Shown in pieces: positions 19,253 through 30,078 of a stretch of 64,000 bases of DNA. Source of the stretch: an uncultured Prevotellaceae bacterium. GTDB lineage: Bacteria > Bacteroidota > Bacteroidia > Bacteroidales > Bacteroidaceae. The stretch covers positions 31,437 to 95,436 of the forward strand of contig ONCH01000005.1 of assembly GCA_900316265.1 (NCBI GenBank). The letters run 5' to 3'. The notes beneath the pieces were generated by a model. That model was not told the DNA's origin, made no database searches, and saw nothing but the letters and a program-made list of their open reading frames with translations. The position numbers and the translations under genes are program-made. How positions within the stretch are numbered: position 1 is the stretch's first letter; each line of letters starts with the position of its first letter.

Positions 19253-22200
19253 ATGAAGAAAAGCAGGTTTGTGATGATGTTGTTGACACTCTTCGTGTCT
19301 ATAGCATCCTACGCCCAGAGTATCTCGGGTACTGTGACAGACGACCAGGGGGAGCCCGTCATTGGAGCTTCCGTCGTCGAGAAGGGTAAACCCCAAAACG
19401 GAGCCATCACCGACTTTGATGGTAAGTTCACTATTAATGTAAGTACGGGTACACCTATTATTATTAGCTATGTCGGCTTCGTTACCCAGGAGCTGAAGGC
19501 TACTAATGGTATGAAGGTAACGATGAAGGAAGACGCCCAGACACTGCAGGATGTCGTCGTCATCGGTTATGGTGTACAGAAGAAGAGCGTGGTGACCGCT
19601 TCTATTGCCAAGGTCTCTGCAGAAGACTTGGACGGTAAGACACGTCTGCGTGCTGAGGATGCCCTGAAGGGTTTGGCAGCAGGTGTGAACGTGACATCAT
19701 CGTCTGGTCAGCCTGGCGCAAAGTCGATGATTCGCATTCGTGGTATCGGTACGATCAACAACTCTGAACCCCTCTATATTATCGATGGCATGCCTACCGA
19801 CCAGAATGGTATGGAGAGCGTGAACCCTGGCGATATTGAGAGTATTGAGGTGCTGAAGGATGCTGCCTCTGGTGCTATCTATGGTGCTCGTGCCGCCAAC
19901 GGTGTTATCCTCGTTACCACGAAGAAGGGTAAGGTGGGTAAGGCCTCTATCAACTATAACTTCTCTTATGGCTGGCAGAGTGCGTGGAAGAAGCGCGACG
20001 TAACAGGAGCTACCGACTATGCCATCCTGCAGAACGAGCGCTACGTACAGAACGGCATGGCTCCGCTCTATAGCGACCCCTACAATCTGCTGGATGCCAA
20101 TGGTGAGGCCATTAAGGGCTTCGGTACCGACTGGCAGGACCTGCTGTTCAACGACAATGCCCCCATCGTACAGCATGACGTCAGCATCAGCGGTGCCTCT
20201 GAGAAAATCAACTACTACCTCTCATTAGGCTACTTCTCACAGGACGGTATCGTGGGTGGTAACTATGGCCAGTCAAACTACGACCGTCTGACTATCCGCT
20301 CAAACAACCAGTTCAACCTGTTTGATGCCAGCAAGGAGCGCAGCTTCCTGAACAAGCTGGATGTTGGTGCCAATGTTTCCTACATGCGCGTACATAATAC
20401 TGGTATTGATGCCAACTCAACATGGGGCTCACCCCTTGGTTCAGCACTCTATCTGGCTCCCACACTGCCCGTCACACTGAAGGGTCAGAAGGGTCAGAAC
20501 ATGATTGACCAGTATAGCGCTTACGACCTCTATCGTGATGCCAATGGCGATCCTTACACCATTCCTGGCTATATCGGTTCTTACAACGAGCAGAACAACC
20601 CCATCGCCCTGATGCAGGGCAATCCCAACAAGAACTGGAGCCATAAGTTTACTCCTAAGTTCTCTATCGATCTGCAACTGTTCGACGAGTTAAAATACCA
20701 CTTTAACTACTATGCTGAGCTCTCTTTCTGGGGCTATGAGGGCGCTACGCTGCAGAAGTACTATCTCTCTGGCAACAATAACAGCGACCACACGCAGGCC
20801 GTAGCCTATAAGGGCAACAGCACAAACTGGCAGGTGGAGAATACGCTGACCTACGACAAGATTATCGGTAAGCACACCATCAACGTAGTGCTCGGTCAGT
20901 CAGCTATGAAGAGCAAGGGCGACGAGTTGGGTGGCTCACACTGGAATCTGGTGAATACCAGCAAGCCCAGCATCAACTACACTACCGGCGGTAGCTTGGA
21001 GCTGACCACCGATGCCGATGGTAAGGTAACGGGTGCCAAGAGTCTGGTTAGTGCGTGGGGCGCTCCCTATACAGAGCATCACCTGTCGTCACTCTTTGCC
21101 CGTCTGAGCTACAACTACGACGAGCGTTATATGGCTCAGTTCACCATTCGTCGTGACGGCTCTAGCCGCTTTGGTTCTAATAATAAGTATGGTACTTTCC
21201 CCTCTTTCTCACTGGGGTGGAACATTATGAACGAAAGTTTCATGAAGAGCACCAACGACTGGTTGAACAACCTGAAGGTTCGCTTCAGCTGGGGTAAGAA
21301 CGGTAACGATAATATTGGCGACTTCGCCTATACCACACTGACCACAACAGGTGGCAGCAACAACTACTACTTCGGACAGACATCGGCTATGGTCTACGGC
21401 TCTAAGGCCAACCGTCTGGCTAACGAAGACTTGAAATGGGAAGAGAGCGAGCAGACCGACTTCGGTATCGACTTCGGCTTCTGGAACAACAAGCTGACCT
21501 TCTCAGTAGACTACTATAAGAAAAAGACCAACGGCATGATTATCGACATGCCTATCCCCAGCTACGTAGGCGAACAGCGTCCGCTGGCCAACGTGGGCGA
21601 TATGGAGAACAGCGGTTGGGAGTTTGAGGTTGGCTACAAGTGGAACATTGCCGACGCTCAGTTTGCAGTGAAGGGTAATGCCTCATACCTGAAGAATGAG
21701 TTGAAGAACATCGGTAACGACACAGGCTTCCTGAACTATGGCATCAGCCAGTTTGCTGATGGTGGCACACGCGCTGAGAACGGCCAGCCCTTCCCATTCT
21801 TCTATGGTTACAAAACAAACGGTATCTTCCAGAATATGGACGAGGTGAATGCTTACACCAATAGCAAGGGTGAACTCATCCAGCCCAATGCCCAGCCTGG
21901 CGACTTCCGCTTCGTGGATGTCAACGGCGACGGTACCATTACCAGCGACGACCGCACTAACATCGGTAATGGCGTTCCCAAGTGGTCATTCGGCTTCAAC
22001 TTCGACGCAGCATGGAAGGGTTTCGACCTGAGCGTCTTCTTCCAGGGCGTGAGTGGTGTCGATGTATTCGACGCTACCTATCGTCAGGACATCGCATCAG
22101 GTAACTATCCCACTTGGGTGCTTGACCGCTGGACTGGCGAAGGCACCAGCAACACAGTGCCTACGCTGGGTAACTCTAAGAACTGGGTTTGCAGCGACAT

Positions 22201-22477
22201 GTATGTTCACGACGCCAGCTATCTGCGCCTGAAGAACATTACGCTGGGCTACACCTTGCCACGTAATCTGACTGCAAAGATCGGCATCAACCGCCTGCGC
22301 GTCTATGCTCGTGCTGAGAACCTCATCACCTGGACCAAGTATTGGGGATTCGACCCTGAAATCGGTGCAGGATGGGACAACGACTCACAGAAGCACAATA
22401 CACAGAATACTGGTGTAGACTATGGTGTCTATCCACAGGCTCGCACCTATACTGTCGGATTTAACATCTCGCTGTAA
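19253..22477 (+). CDS. susC: SusC/RagA TonB-dependent transporter
   Basis: GEPVIGASV, VVVIGYG, DIESIEVLKDAASGAIYGARAANGVILVTTK and C-terminal YPQARTYTVGFNISL. Confidence 0.95.
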   Translation: MKKSRFVMMLLTLFVSIASYAQSISGTVTDDQGEPVIGASVVEKGKPQNGAITDFDGKFTINVSTGTPIIISYVGFVTQELKATNGMKVTMKEDAQTLQDVVVIGYGVQKKSVVTASIAKVSAEDLDGKTRLRAEDALKGLAAGVNVTSSSGQPGAKSMIRIRGIGTINNSEPLYIIDGMPTDQNGMESVNPGDIESIEVLKDAASGAIYGARAANGVILVTTKKGKVGKASINYNFSYGWQSAWKKRDVTGATDYAILQNERYVQNGMAPLYSDPYNLLDANGEAIKGFGTDWQDLLFNDNAPIVQHDVSISGASEKINYYLSLGYFSQDGIVGGNYGQSNYDRLTIRSNNQFNLFDASKERSFLNKLDVGANVSYMRVHNTGIDANSTWGSPLGSALYLAPTLPVTLKGQKGQNMIDQYSAYDLYRDANGDPYTIPGYIGSYNEQNNPIALMQGNPNKNWSHKFTPKFSIDLQLFDELKYHFNYYAELSFWGYEGATLQKYYLSGNNNSDHTQAVAYKGNSTNWQVENTLTYDKIIGKHTINVVLGQSAMKSKGDELGGSHWNLVNTSKPSINYTTGGSLELTTDADGKVTGAKSLVSAWGAPYTEHHLSSLFARLSYNYDERYMAQFTIRRDGSSRFGSNNKYGTFPSFSLGWNIMNESFMKSTNDWLNNLKVRFSWGKNGNDNIGDFAYTTLTTTGGSNNYYFGQTSAMVYGSKANRLANEDLKWEESEQTDFGIDFGFWNNKLTFSVDYYKKKTNGMIIDMPIPSYVGEQRPLANVGDMENSGWEFEVGYKWNIADAQFAVKGNASYLKNELKNIGNDTGFLNYGISQFADGGTRAENGQPFPFFYGYKTNGIFQNMDEVNAYTNSKGELIQPNAQPGDFRFVDVNGDGTITSDDRTNIGNGVPKWSFGFNFDAAWKGFDLSVFFQGVSGVDVFDATYRQDIASGNYPTWVLDRWTGEGTSNTVPTLGNSKNWVCSDMYVHDASYLRLKNITLGYTLPRNLTAKIGINRLRVYARAENLITWTKYWGFDPEIGAGWDNDSQKHNTQNTGVDYGVYPQARTYTVGFNISL

Positions 22478-22515
22478 ATTGAAAATTGTAAATTGATAAT
22501 TGAAAATTGAAGATT

Positions 22516-24078
22516 ATGAAAACCAAGATATATAACAAGGTTTGGGCAGGAGTATTCTCCTTCCTCCTTCCTCTTTCCTCCTTCCTCGTAACATCTTGTA
22601 GCGATGACTTCCTGGAGGTAAAGAACCCGACGGGTGAACCTCTTGAAGAATACTATACCAATGAGCAGACACTCAATGAGGCTCTGACCTCTGCCTACGC
22701 TCCTTTGCACTGGCCCGACTGGGACAATGTAGCCTATAACGACCTTACCGTAGATGGTGAGATTATGGGTGATGACTTCTGGGTAGGTGGTGCCCACAAT
22801 CAGGACAACCAGCACTGGCACCGCCTGTTTAACTTCGAGGGTGACGCCAACAATACGCTGGCCACGCTGTGGGGCGACTTCTATAGCGGCATCAAGCGTT
22901 GCAATGACGCTATCAAGTATGCTGGTTGGAACAAGGGCAAACTCTCTGACGACTTCATCAACAAGATGGAGATGCAGGCCCGTCTGCTTCGCGTGTACTA
23001 TTATAATATTCTGTGGCACTATTATGGCAATATCCCCTTCTATCTGGAGAATCTGTCATTGCCTTATACCGCTCCTCAGATCAAGGCCGACGAGGTGTAT
23101 AACAACCTGTTGCCTGAGTTGGAAGACATCATCGCTTCTAACGTATTGCCCATGCGTTGGTCAAATGCTGAGGCTGGTCGCGTGAGTCAGGCCTTTGCCT
23201 ATATGCTCTATGCCGAAATGGTGATGTACCAGAATGATGAGAGCCGTTTCCAGAAGGCCCTTGGCTTCATGAAGGAGATTATCAATGATGCTGACTACAG
23301 CCTGAATCCCAGCTTCTCAGACATCTGGAAGGAGAGTGGCGAGTGGTGCCAGGAGAGCATCTTCGAGATTAACTATAACGACGACCAGGCTCAGCGCGAC
23401 TGGGGTACAGCAGCATTGAATGCCGGCGGCACCGTATTCCCCACACTCTGCTCACCCAATGGTTGGGGTGGCGGCGAAGGCTGGGATGGCGGCAACGACG
23501 GTTGGGGCTTCCTGCCTATGCGCATAGAAACCTATAACATGTATGCTGATGGCGACCTGCGTCGTGAGGCTACCTGTTGGGACGTTCGTGGCTACAGCTA
23601 TACAGATCGTTATCAGGATACTCACATCTGGCATGGCAAATATCGTCCACAGTCAGAGAACAACAAGGATTGTCCGACCTCTAAGAACTTGAACTATAAC
23701 AACAACAAGCGCATCTACCGTTATGCAGAAACTCTGCTGAATGCTGCTGAGTTGTTGCTTCGCACCAATGGTGGACTGTCAGAGGCTACAGGTTATGTGA
23801 ACGAAGTTCGCGCCCGTGCTGGTCTGGCAGCAGTAGATGGTGTAAGCATCGACGACATCCTCAAGGAGCGCCATCTGGAGTTCTGTGGCGAGGGTAAGCG
23901 CTACTTCGACCTGGTACGTGCTGAGGGTATCCCCGGCGCTACACAGAAGGCCAGTCTCGTGCTCGTTCCCGACACCTATGGCTATCGCACTAACTCATGG
24001 ACTCCCAGCAAGAAGCACATTCCTCTGTCTCAGAGCGAGCTCGATGCTGATCCCACACTGGAGCAGAATAACTATTAA
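22516..24078 (+). CDS. susD: SusD/RagB surface lipoprotein
   Basis: Lipobox VTSC-SDDFL, RYAETLLNAAE, ERHLEFCGEGKRYFDLVR and QN at the C-terminus. Confidence 0.93.
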   Translation: MKTKIYNKVWAGVFSFLLPLSSFLVTSCSDDFLEVKNPTGEPLEEYYTNEQTLNEALTSAYAPLHWPDWDNVAYNDLTVDGEIMGDDFWVGGAHNQDNQHWHRLFNFEGDANNTLATLWGDFYSGIKRCNDAIKYAGWNKGKLSDDFINKMEMQARLLRVYYYNILWHYYGNIPFYLENLSLPYTAPQIKADEVYNNLLPELEDIIASNVLPMRWSNAEAGRVSQAFAYMLYAEMVMYQNDESRFQKALGFMKEIINDADYSLNPSFSDIWKESGEWCQESIFEINYNDDQAQRDWGTAALNAGGTVFPTLCSPNGWGGGEGWDGGNDGWGFLPMRIETYNMYADGDLRREATCWDVRGYSYTDRYQDTHIWHGKYRPQSENNKDCPTSKNLNYNNNKRIYRYAETLLNAAELLLRTNGGLSEATGYVNEVRARAGLAAVDGVSIDDILKERHLEFCGEGKRYFDLVRAEGIPGATQKASLVLVPDTYGYRTNSWTPSKKHIPLSQSELDADPTLEQNNY

Positions 24079-24109
24079 AAGACCACGAATTACCCTAATA
24101 TAACGAATT

Positions 24110-26578
24110 ATGAAAACCAAAAGAAATATATCAATGAAGTGGTGGAGAGCGGCATCCCTTTCTTCACTCTTCGCTATTCCCTTTGCCTTTCTGATGTCCT
24201 GCTCTCCTGACAGTTTCGACGGAGCAGACCCCAACGGCAGACCTACTGTTGATGGTGTGGACTTCCAGATGACTGTAGATCAGGAGACCAACCAGATGGT
24301 GGCTACCTATAAGGCTCAGCCTGGTACCTATCCTGTATGGATTCTCGACGGCACCTCTTATTCTACTCTCCCTGAGGTGGGCTATAAGAATGATGAGGCT
24401 GGCACGCATACCATTGAGATGAAGCTGGGCAACCGCAACGGCTTTAGCCAGGGTGGCATCAAAAAGACTTATACGTTCAACGAGACCAAGATAGACTATA
24501 CGGCCGACTTCCGTCGTATTGCCGACAAAGAGTGGCGCATTGCCAACAAAGAGGCTGGTCACATGGGTTGTGGCCCTGCAGGTACAGCTGCTACAGAGTG
24601 GTGGTCAGCAGGTCCTGACGACAAGAAGGGCTTTGGCGTCTATGATGACCGCATCACCTTTACGGCCACTACAAAGAAGGGTGGTGGCTATACTTACAAC
24701 CCTGGTGCTGATGGTATGACCTATGTCAATAAGGGTGTAACTAAATGGAACACCCAGAACGATGATGCTGATCTCGACGTTGCACTCGGTGAGCAGACTG
24801 CTACTTGGAACTTCGAGGAACTCGACTGGACAGACGCCGAGGGTAACGTGAGCAAGCAGCGCTATATTCGCTTGTCTGCCAACACGCTGTTCCCTTACAT
24901 CAGCAGTGATGACCAGTATGCTGACCCCTTGTTCCGCGTGGAGCAGCTGACAGCCAAGAAACTGGTGCTGGTCTATGATAAGCCCGACCGCAGTATTGCA
25001 TGGCGCTTTATCTTGACCTGCGAGGCTGAAGAAAAGGAGTGGAGTGGTTACGACCCCAACAGTCAGTTCAATATGTGGAAAGGCATTACTCCGACCATGG
25101 AGTTCTGGTATGCTCCTGGCTGGTCTCAGATTGCTGATCCTGGCTTTGTGGATGCTGGTAACGACTATACCATCACGCTCCCTGAAGCTACTACCGACCA
25201 GTGGCAGGCTCAGGTGAAGTTCCATACTGACCTCACTACCAGTGCTGCCAACAACTACGACTTCTCTGCTGTCTTCAACAGCGACAAGGACCTGAACGGA
25301 GCTACTGTGAAGCTGGTGCTTGATGGTGACGATGGCGTATTCTACTTTACTGACCGTATCGACCTGAAGGCTAATCAGGACTATATCTTCTGGAAGAGCG
25401 ATATGCCTGGTATTGATATGAATAAGGTGATGTTGGTTCTTGACTTCGGTGGTTGCCAGGCTGGTACTATTGTCAATGTCTCTGGCATCGTACTGAAGAA
25501 CCATGCTGACGATGATGGCACTGTTCCTCCTGGTGGTGACGATCCTGAAAAGCCCACTATGGACTGGGATGTTACCTCATCTGCCAACCTTTGGAATGCG
25601 GTAGAGAACGGTAGCGCATTCATCAGCGTCACCCCGTGGTTTGCCAACGATGGTTGGTCACAGATTGGTGACCCCGAATGGAAACACGCAAATGGCGAGT
25701 GGACGCTGACCATTCCTGAAGGTATGGGTGGCAGCCAGTGGCAGGGCCAGTTCCCCATCAACACCTCACTGACAGCAAGCAAGAATAAGAAGTACAACGT
25801 CTACCTTGTATTGGAGGCTGATCAGGATTGTAATGGTGTAACTATTAAGCTGACTGAAACAGATGAGGCCGATGGTACCAAGCACGACGACAACTTCTTC
25901 TTCGCTGATCGCCACGATGTAAAGGCTGATGTACCATTTGTCTTCAAAGCCAAAGCTGTTACTCTGCCTAAGAACGATGCTCATGCCCTGTCGTTGTTCT
26001 TCGACTTCGGCGGTTCACCCATTGGCACGAATATCAAGATTAGCAAGATATACTTTGAGGAGTCTGTAGAACTCTCTTATGACGATGCCAACAACCTGTG
26101 GAAGGGTGTCGACGAAGGTCAGGACTTTGTCAGTGTTACCCCGTGGTTTGCCAACGACGGCTGGTCACAGATTGGCGATCCTGTATGGGAACACAAAGGC
26201 AACAAATGGAGCCTGACCATTCCTGAGGGTATGGGTGGCAGCCAGTGGCAGGGACAATTCCCCATTAATACCAAGTTGGCTACAGCGCAGAACGATGCCT
26301 ATAACTTCCAGTGCACCATCCTGGCTGATGAGGATTGCAATGGCATTACCATCAAGCTGACGCAGACAGATGAGGCCAGTGGTACCAAGCACGACGATAA
26401 CTTCTACTTTGCCGATCGTCACGATGTGAAAGCTGACGAGCCTTTCGTCTATACGATGAAGGGTGTTACACTGCCCAAGAACGATGCTCATGCTTTGTCG
26501 TTGTTCTTCGACTTCGGAGGTTCACCTATCGGAACCAACATCGTTATTAGTGATATCATTTTTGAAAAAGCAGAATAG
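24110..26578 (+). CDS. Surface glycan-binding lipoprotein (SGBP-B-like) with three tandem CBM-like modules
   Basis: Lipobox LMSC; position right after susD; repeated GWSQI..QWQ.Q..DFGG modules. Confidence 0.75.
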   Translation: MKTKRNISMKWWRAASLSSLFAIPFAFLMSCSPDSFDGADPNGRPTVDGVDFQMTVDQETNQMVATYKAQPGTYPVWILDGTSYSTLPEVGYKNDEAGTHTIEMKLGNRNGFSQGGIKKTYTFNETKIDYTADFRRIADKEWRIANKEAGHMGCGPAGTAATEWWSAGPDDKKGFGVYDDRITFTATTKKGGGYTYNPGADGMTYVNKGVTKWNTQNDDADLDVALGEQTATWNFEELDWTDAEGNVSKQRYIRLSANTLFPYISSDDQYADPLFRVEQLTAKKLVLVYDKPDRSIAWRFILTCEAEEKEWSGYDPNSQFNMWKGITPTMEFWYAPGWSQIADPGFVDAGNDYTITLPEATTDQWQAQVKFHTDLTTSAANNYDFSAVFNSDKDLNGATVKLVLDGDDGVFYFTDRIDLKANQDYIFWKSDMPGIDMNKVMLVLDFGGCQAGTIVNVSGIVLKNHADDDGTVPPGGDDPEKPTMDWDVTSSANLWNAVENGSAFISVTPWFANDGWSQIGDPEWKHANGEWTLTIPEGMGGSQWQGQFPINTSLTASKNKKYNVYLVLEADQDCNGVTIKLTETDEADGTKHDDNFFFADRHDVKADVPFVFKAKAVTLPKNDAHALSLFFDFGGSPIGTNIKISKIYFEESVELSYDDANNLWKGVDEGQDFVSVTPWFANDGWSQIGDPVWEHKGNKWSLTIPEGMGGSQWQGQFPINTKLATAQNDAYNFQCTILADEDCNGITIKLTQTDEASGTKHDDNFYFADRHDVKADEPFVYTMKGVTLPKNDAHALSLFFDFGGSPIGTNIVISDIIFEKAE

Positions 26579-26591
26579 AACAATTTTAACT

Positions 26592-27704
26592 ATGAAAAAG
26601 AATATGTTAAATACAATGATGCTCTCATTTGTTGTAGCCCTGATGGGATGTGCTGAGAGCGACAAATACAGTTACTATGAAGGTGGGGCGGCTCCTGATG
26701 CCGCCATCACCATCTCGCAAGAGACATTCGCTGTGCCAGAAGATGGTGGCACTGTTACCGTCAATGTCACCACAACAGCCAAAGAGTGGGGCGCCTATGC
26801 TACGGAGAACTTCATCAAGGTAGACTACGAGAATACCAACAGCTCCAGTGGTACCGTCACCATTACGGTGGAAGACAATCCTACTTCTTATGAGCGTACT
26901 GGTGCTGTCGTCATCATGTCTGGCAACAGCCGTAAGAGCATCGCTGTTTCTCAGGATGCATCGCTTGACTCTAATGCTCCCGAAGGTTATAAACTCGTCT
27001 GGCACGATGAGTTTAACAGCGGCTCTGAGTTGAATGCCTCCGACTGGACCCATGAGGTGCAGAACAGCGGTTGGGTGAACCACGAGTTGCAGAACTACGT
27101 CAACCACAAGACTCCCGAGGGGGCGCTGGTGACGGAGGTACGCAACGGTAAGCTGCGCATCACTGCCTTGAAGGAGAACGGCAAGGTCTATTCAGGTCGT
27201 GTCTATGCCAAGGTCCGTGAGGGTTGGACGTATGGCTATATTGAGGCCAGCATCAAACTGCCAAAGGGTAAGGGCACATGGCCTGCCTTCTGGATGATGC
27301 CTGTCAACTTCCGCTCATGGCCTGCCGATGGTGAGATAGATATCATGGAAGAGGTGGGCTATCACCCCAACTATGTGTCGTCGAGCCTGCATGCCAATGC
27401 CCACGTTCATACCCAGGGCACTCAGGTGACCCACGAGATGCTGTGCGAGGGTGCAGAGGATGATTTCCATACCTATGCCATCCTGTGGACTGCCGACAAC
27501 ATTACCACCTATGTGGATGGTCAGGTACAGCTCTCTTACGACAATACGGGCAAGGGCCGTGACGACTGGCCTTATGACAATCCTTTCTACGTCATCTTTA
27601 ACCTCGCATGGGGTGGCGACTGGGGTGGTTCCCAGGGTGTTGACGAGTCGGCACTTCCCACCACGATGGAGGTAGACTATGTACGCGTGTTCCAGAAAAA
27701 TTAA
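26592..27704 (+). CDS. GH16 endo-beta-1,3(4)-glucanase lipoprotein with BACON-like domain
   Basis: Lipobox LMGC, LVWHDEF, WPAFWMM, GEIDIME catalytic motif and MEVDYVRVFQ. Confidence 0.9.
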   Translation: MKKNMLNTMMLSFVVALMGCAESDKYSYYEGGAAPDAAITISQETFAVPEDGGTVTVNVTTTAKEWGAYATENFIKVDYENTNSSSGTVTITVEDNPTSYERTGAVVIMSGNSRKSIAVSQDASLDSNAPEGYKLVWHDEFNSGSELNASDWTHEVQNSGWVNHELQNYVNHKTPEGALVTEVRNGKLRITALKENGKVYSGRVYAKVREGWTYGYIEASIKLPKGKGTWPAFWMMPVNFRSWPADGEIDIMEEVGYHPNYVSSSLHANAHVHTQGTQVTHEMLCEGAEDDFHTYAILWTADNITTYVDGQVQLSYDNTGKGRDDWPYDNPFYVIFNLAWGGDWGGSQGVDESALPTTMEVDYVRVFQKN

Positions 27705-27724
27705 AAAAAATAATACATCATTTA

Positions 27725-29956
27725 ATGCTGAAAGTTCAAAGTATAATCATAGCACTGATGGTAACTGCCAGCGCACAGGCTCAGCAACTGCCCAAGTATC
27801 TCGATGAGACGGTACCTGTGGAGCAGCGCATCGACGATGCACTCAGCCGGATGACGCTCGACGAGAAGATTGCTGTGATCCATGCGCAGTCAAAGTTCTC
27901 CAGTCCTGGCGTGAAGCGTCTCGGTTTCCCTGACCTGTGGACGGACGACGGCCCCCATGGCGTACGTCCTGACGTGCTTTGGGACGAATGGGTACAGGCA
28001 GGACAGACCAACGACTCGTGTGTGGCATTCCCTGCACTGACCTGTCTGGCTGCTACGTGGAATCCCGCGATGGCAAGTCTCTATGGCTCGTCACTGGGCG
28101 AGGAGGCGCTCTATCGCAACAAGAGCGTTATTCTGGGTCCTGGTGTGAATATCAATCGCACACCGTTGGGTGGTCGTAACTTCGAGTATATGGGTGAAGA
28201 CCCTTATCTGGCCTCGCAGATGGTGGTGCCCTATGTGCAGGGCTTGCAGTCGAAGGGCGTGGCATCGTGTGTGAAACACTATGCGCTGAACAATGACGAG
28301 GAATACCGCCATCAGGTGAATGTCATCATCAGCGACCGTGCCCTCCACGAAATCTACCTGCCAGCCTTCCGTGCTGCTGTACAGCAGGGTGGGGCATGGG
28401 CCATCATGGGTGCCTATAACCTCTATAAAGACCAACACAACTGCCATAACGATATCCTCCTGAATAAGATTCTGAAGCGCGACTGGGGCTTCGATGGCGT
28501 GGTAATCAGTGACTGGGGTGGCTGCCATAACACAGAAGAGGCTGTCACCAATGGTCTTGACCTGGAGTTTGGCACATGGACCGATGGCCTGAAGATGGGA
28601 CGTACCAATGCCTACGACAGTTACCACATGGCAGTAGCCTACAAGCAACTCATCCAGGAAGGAAAGTTCACCACCAAGGAACTCGACGAGAAGGTACGTC
28701 GCGTGCTGCGCCTGTTCTATCGCACCACGATGAATCGCCACAAACCCTATGGCTTCCTTTGTTCTGAGGCTCACTACGATGCAGCCAGAAAGATAGCACA
28801 GGAAGGTATCGTACTGCTGAAGAATGAGAAGAACCTGTTGCCGTTGAACAAGACGAAAGCGCAGCGCATCCTGGTGGTTGGCGAGAATGCCATCAAGATG
28901 ATGACTGTTGGCGGTGGCTCGTCGTCGCTGAAAGTACAGCACGAAATTCTGCCCCTCGATGGTCTGACATCAGCCCTCAGCCGTCAGACCTCTACCATCG
29001 ACTACGCTCGTGGCTATGTGGGTGATACCATCCAGAGCTTTGATGGCGTGACGGTAGGTCGCAGCCTTCGCGAGACCCGTTCGCAGGCTGAGTTGACTGC
29101 TGAGGCTGTAGAGAAGGCCAAGCAGGCTGATGTCGTCATCTTCTTCGGAGGTCTGAACAAGAGTGACTTCCAGGATTGTGAGGGTCACGACCGCAAGCAT
29201 TATGAGCTGCCCTATGGTCAGAGCGAACTCATCGAGGCACTCTTGGCTGTCAATCCCCGTCTGGTGTATGTCAACATCAGTGGCAACGCCGTTGCCATGC
29301 CTTTTGCCAACAAGGTACCTGCTATTCTGCAGGCGTGGTTCCTCGGCTCTGAGGCTGGTAATGCCATTGCCGATGTGCTTTTTGGCGATGTTAATCCTTC
29401 TGGTAAGCTGCCTTACACCTGGTATCAGCGTCTCGACGACTGTGGCGCACATGCCTTGAAGGCTTTTCCTGGCACTTGGCGTGATGACTACAAGATTATC
29501 GACGAGGAATACAAGGAAGGCATCTATGTAGGCTATCGCTGGGCTGACAAACAGAAGATTCGTCCGCTGTTTGCCTTTGGCCATGGTCTCAGTTATACTA
29601 CCTTTAAGTTGGGTAAACCTGTAGCCGATAAAAAACAGCTGACTGCTGACGAAAAGATATCCTTCACTGTCAACGTCACTAATACAGGCACAAGGGTTGG
29701 AGCAGAGACCGTCCAGCTTTATATCAGCGACAAGAAAGCCTCAGTAGACCGTCCTGTCAAGGAACTCAAGGCCTTCCAGAAGGTTTGTCTGCAGCCTGGC
29801 GAGAGCCGTGATGTGACACTGACCATCGGACGTGATGCGCTGAGTTTCTATGACGAGGTGAAAGGTCAGTGGACAGCTGAGCCTGGACAGTTTGAGGCAC
29901 TCATCGGTACTGCTTCTGATTGTCTCATGGGTAAATGCTCCTTTGAATTGAAGTAA
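27725..29956 (+). CDS. GH3 beta-glucosidase
   Basis: GRNFEYMGEDP, VKHY, ISDWG, VLLKNE, FGHGLSYT and a C-terminal Fn3-like domain. Confidence 0.93.
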   Translation: MLKVQSIIIALMVTASAQAQQLPKYLDETVPVEQRIDDALSRMTLDEKIAVIHAQSKFSSPGVKRLGFPDLWTDDGPHGVRPDVLWDEWVQAGQTNDSCVAFPALTCLAATWNPAMASLYGSSLGEEALYRNKSVILGPGVNINRTPLGGRNFEYMGEDPYLASQMVVPYVQGLQSKGVASCVKHYALNNDEEYRHQVNVIISDRALHEIYLPAFRAAVQQGGAWAIMGAYNLYKDQHNCHNDILLNKILKRDWGFDGVVISDWGGCHNTEEAVTNGLDLEFGTWTDGLKMGRTNAYDSYHMAVAYKQLIQEGKFTTKELDEKVRRVLRLFYRTTMNRHKPYGFLCSEAHYDAARKIAQEGIVLLKNEKNLLPLNKTKAQRILVVGENAIKMMTVGGGSSSLKVQHEILPLDGLTSALSRQTSTIDYARGYVGDTIQSFDGVTVGRSLRETRSQAELTAEAVEKAKQADVVIFFGGLNKSDFQDCEGHDRKHYELPYGQSELIEALLAVNPRLVYVNISGNAVAMPFANKVPAILQAWFLGSEAGNAIADVLFGDVNPSGKLPYTWYQRLDDCGAHALKAFPGTWRDDYKIIDEEYKEGIYVGYRWADKQKIRPLFAFGHGLSYTTFKLGKPVADKKQLTADEKISFTVNVTNTGTRVGAETVQLYISDKKASVDRPVKELKAFQKVCLQPGESRDVTLTIGRDALSFYDEVKGQWTAEPGQFEALIGTASDCLMGKCSFELK

Positions 29957-30078
29957 GATTAAGTTAGTTAGATAGGTAAAAGTCAGATTGATTATTTAGT
30001 ATTCCATGAAAAAATGTCTGGGAAGTAGTGATATTTTCCAGACTTTTTTGTATCTTTGCACGCAGAAACCAAGCTAGG

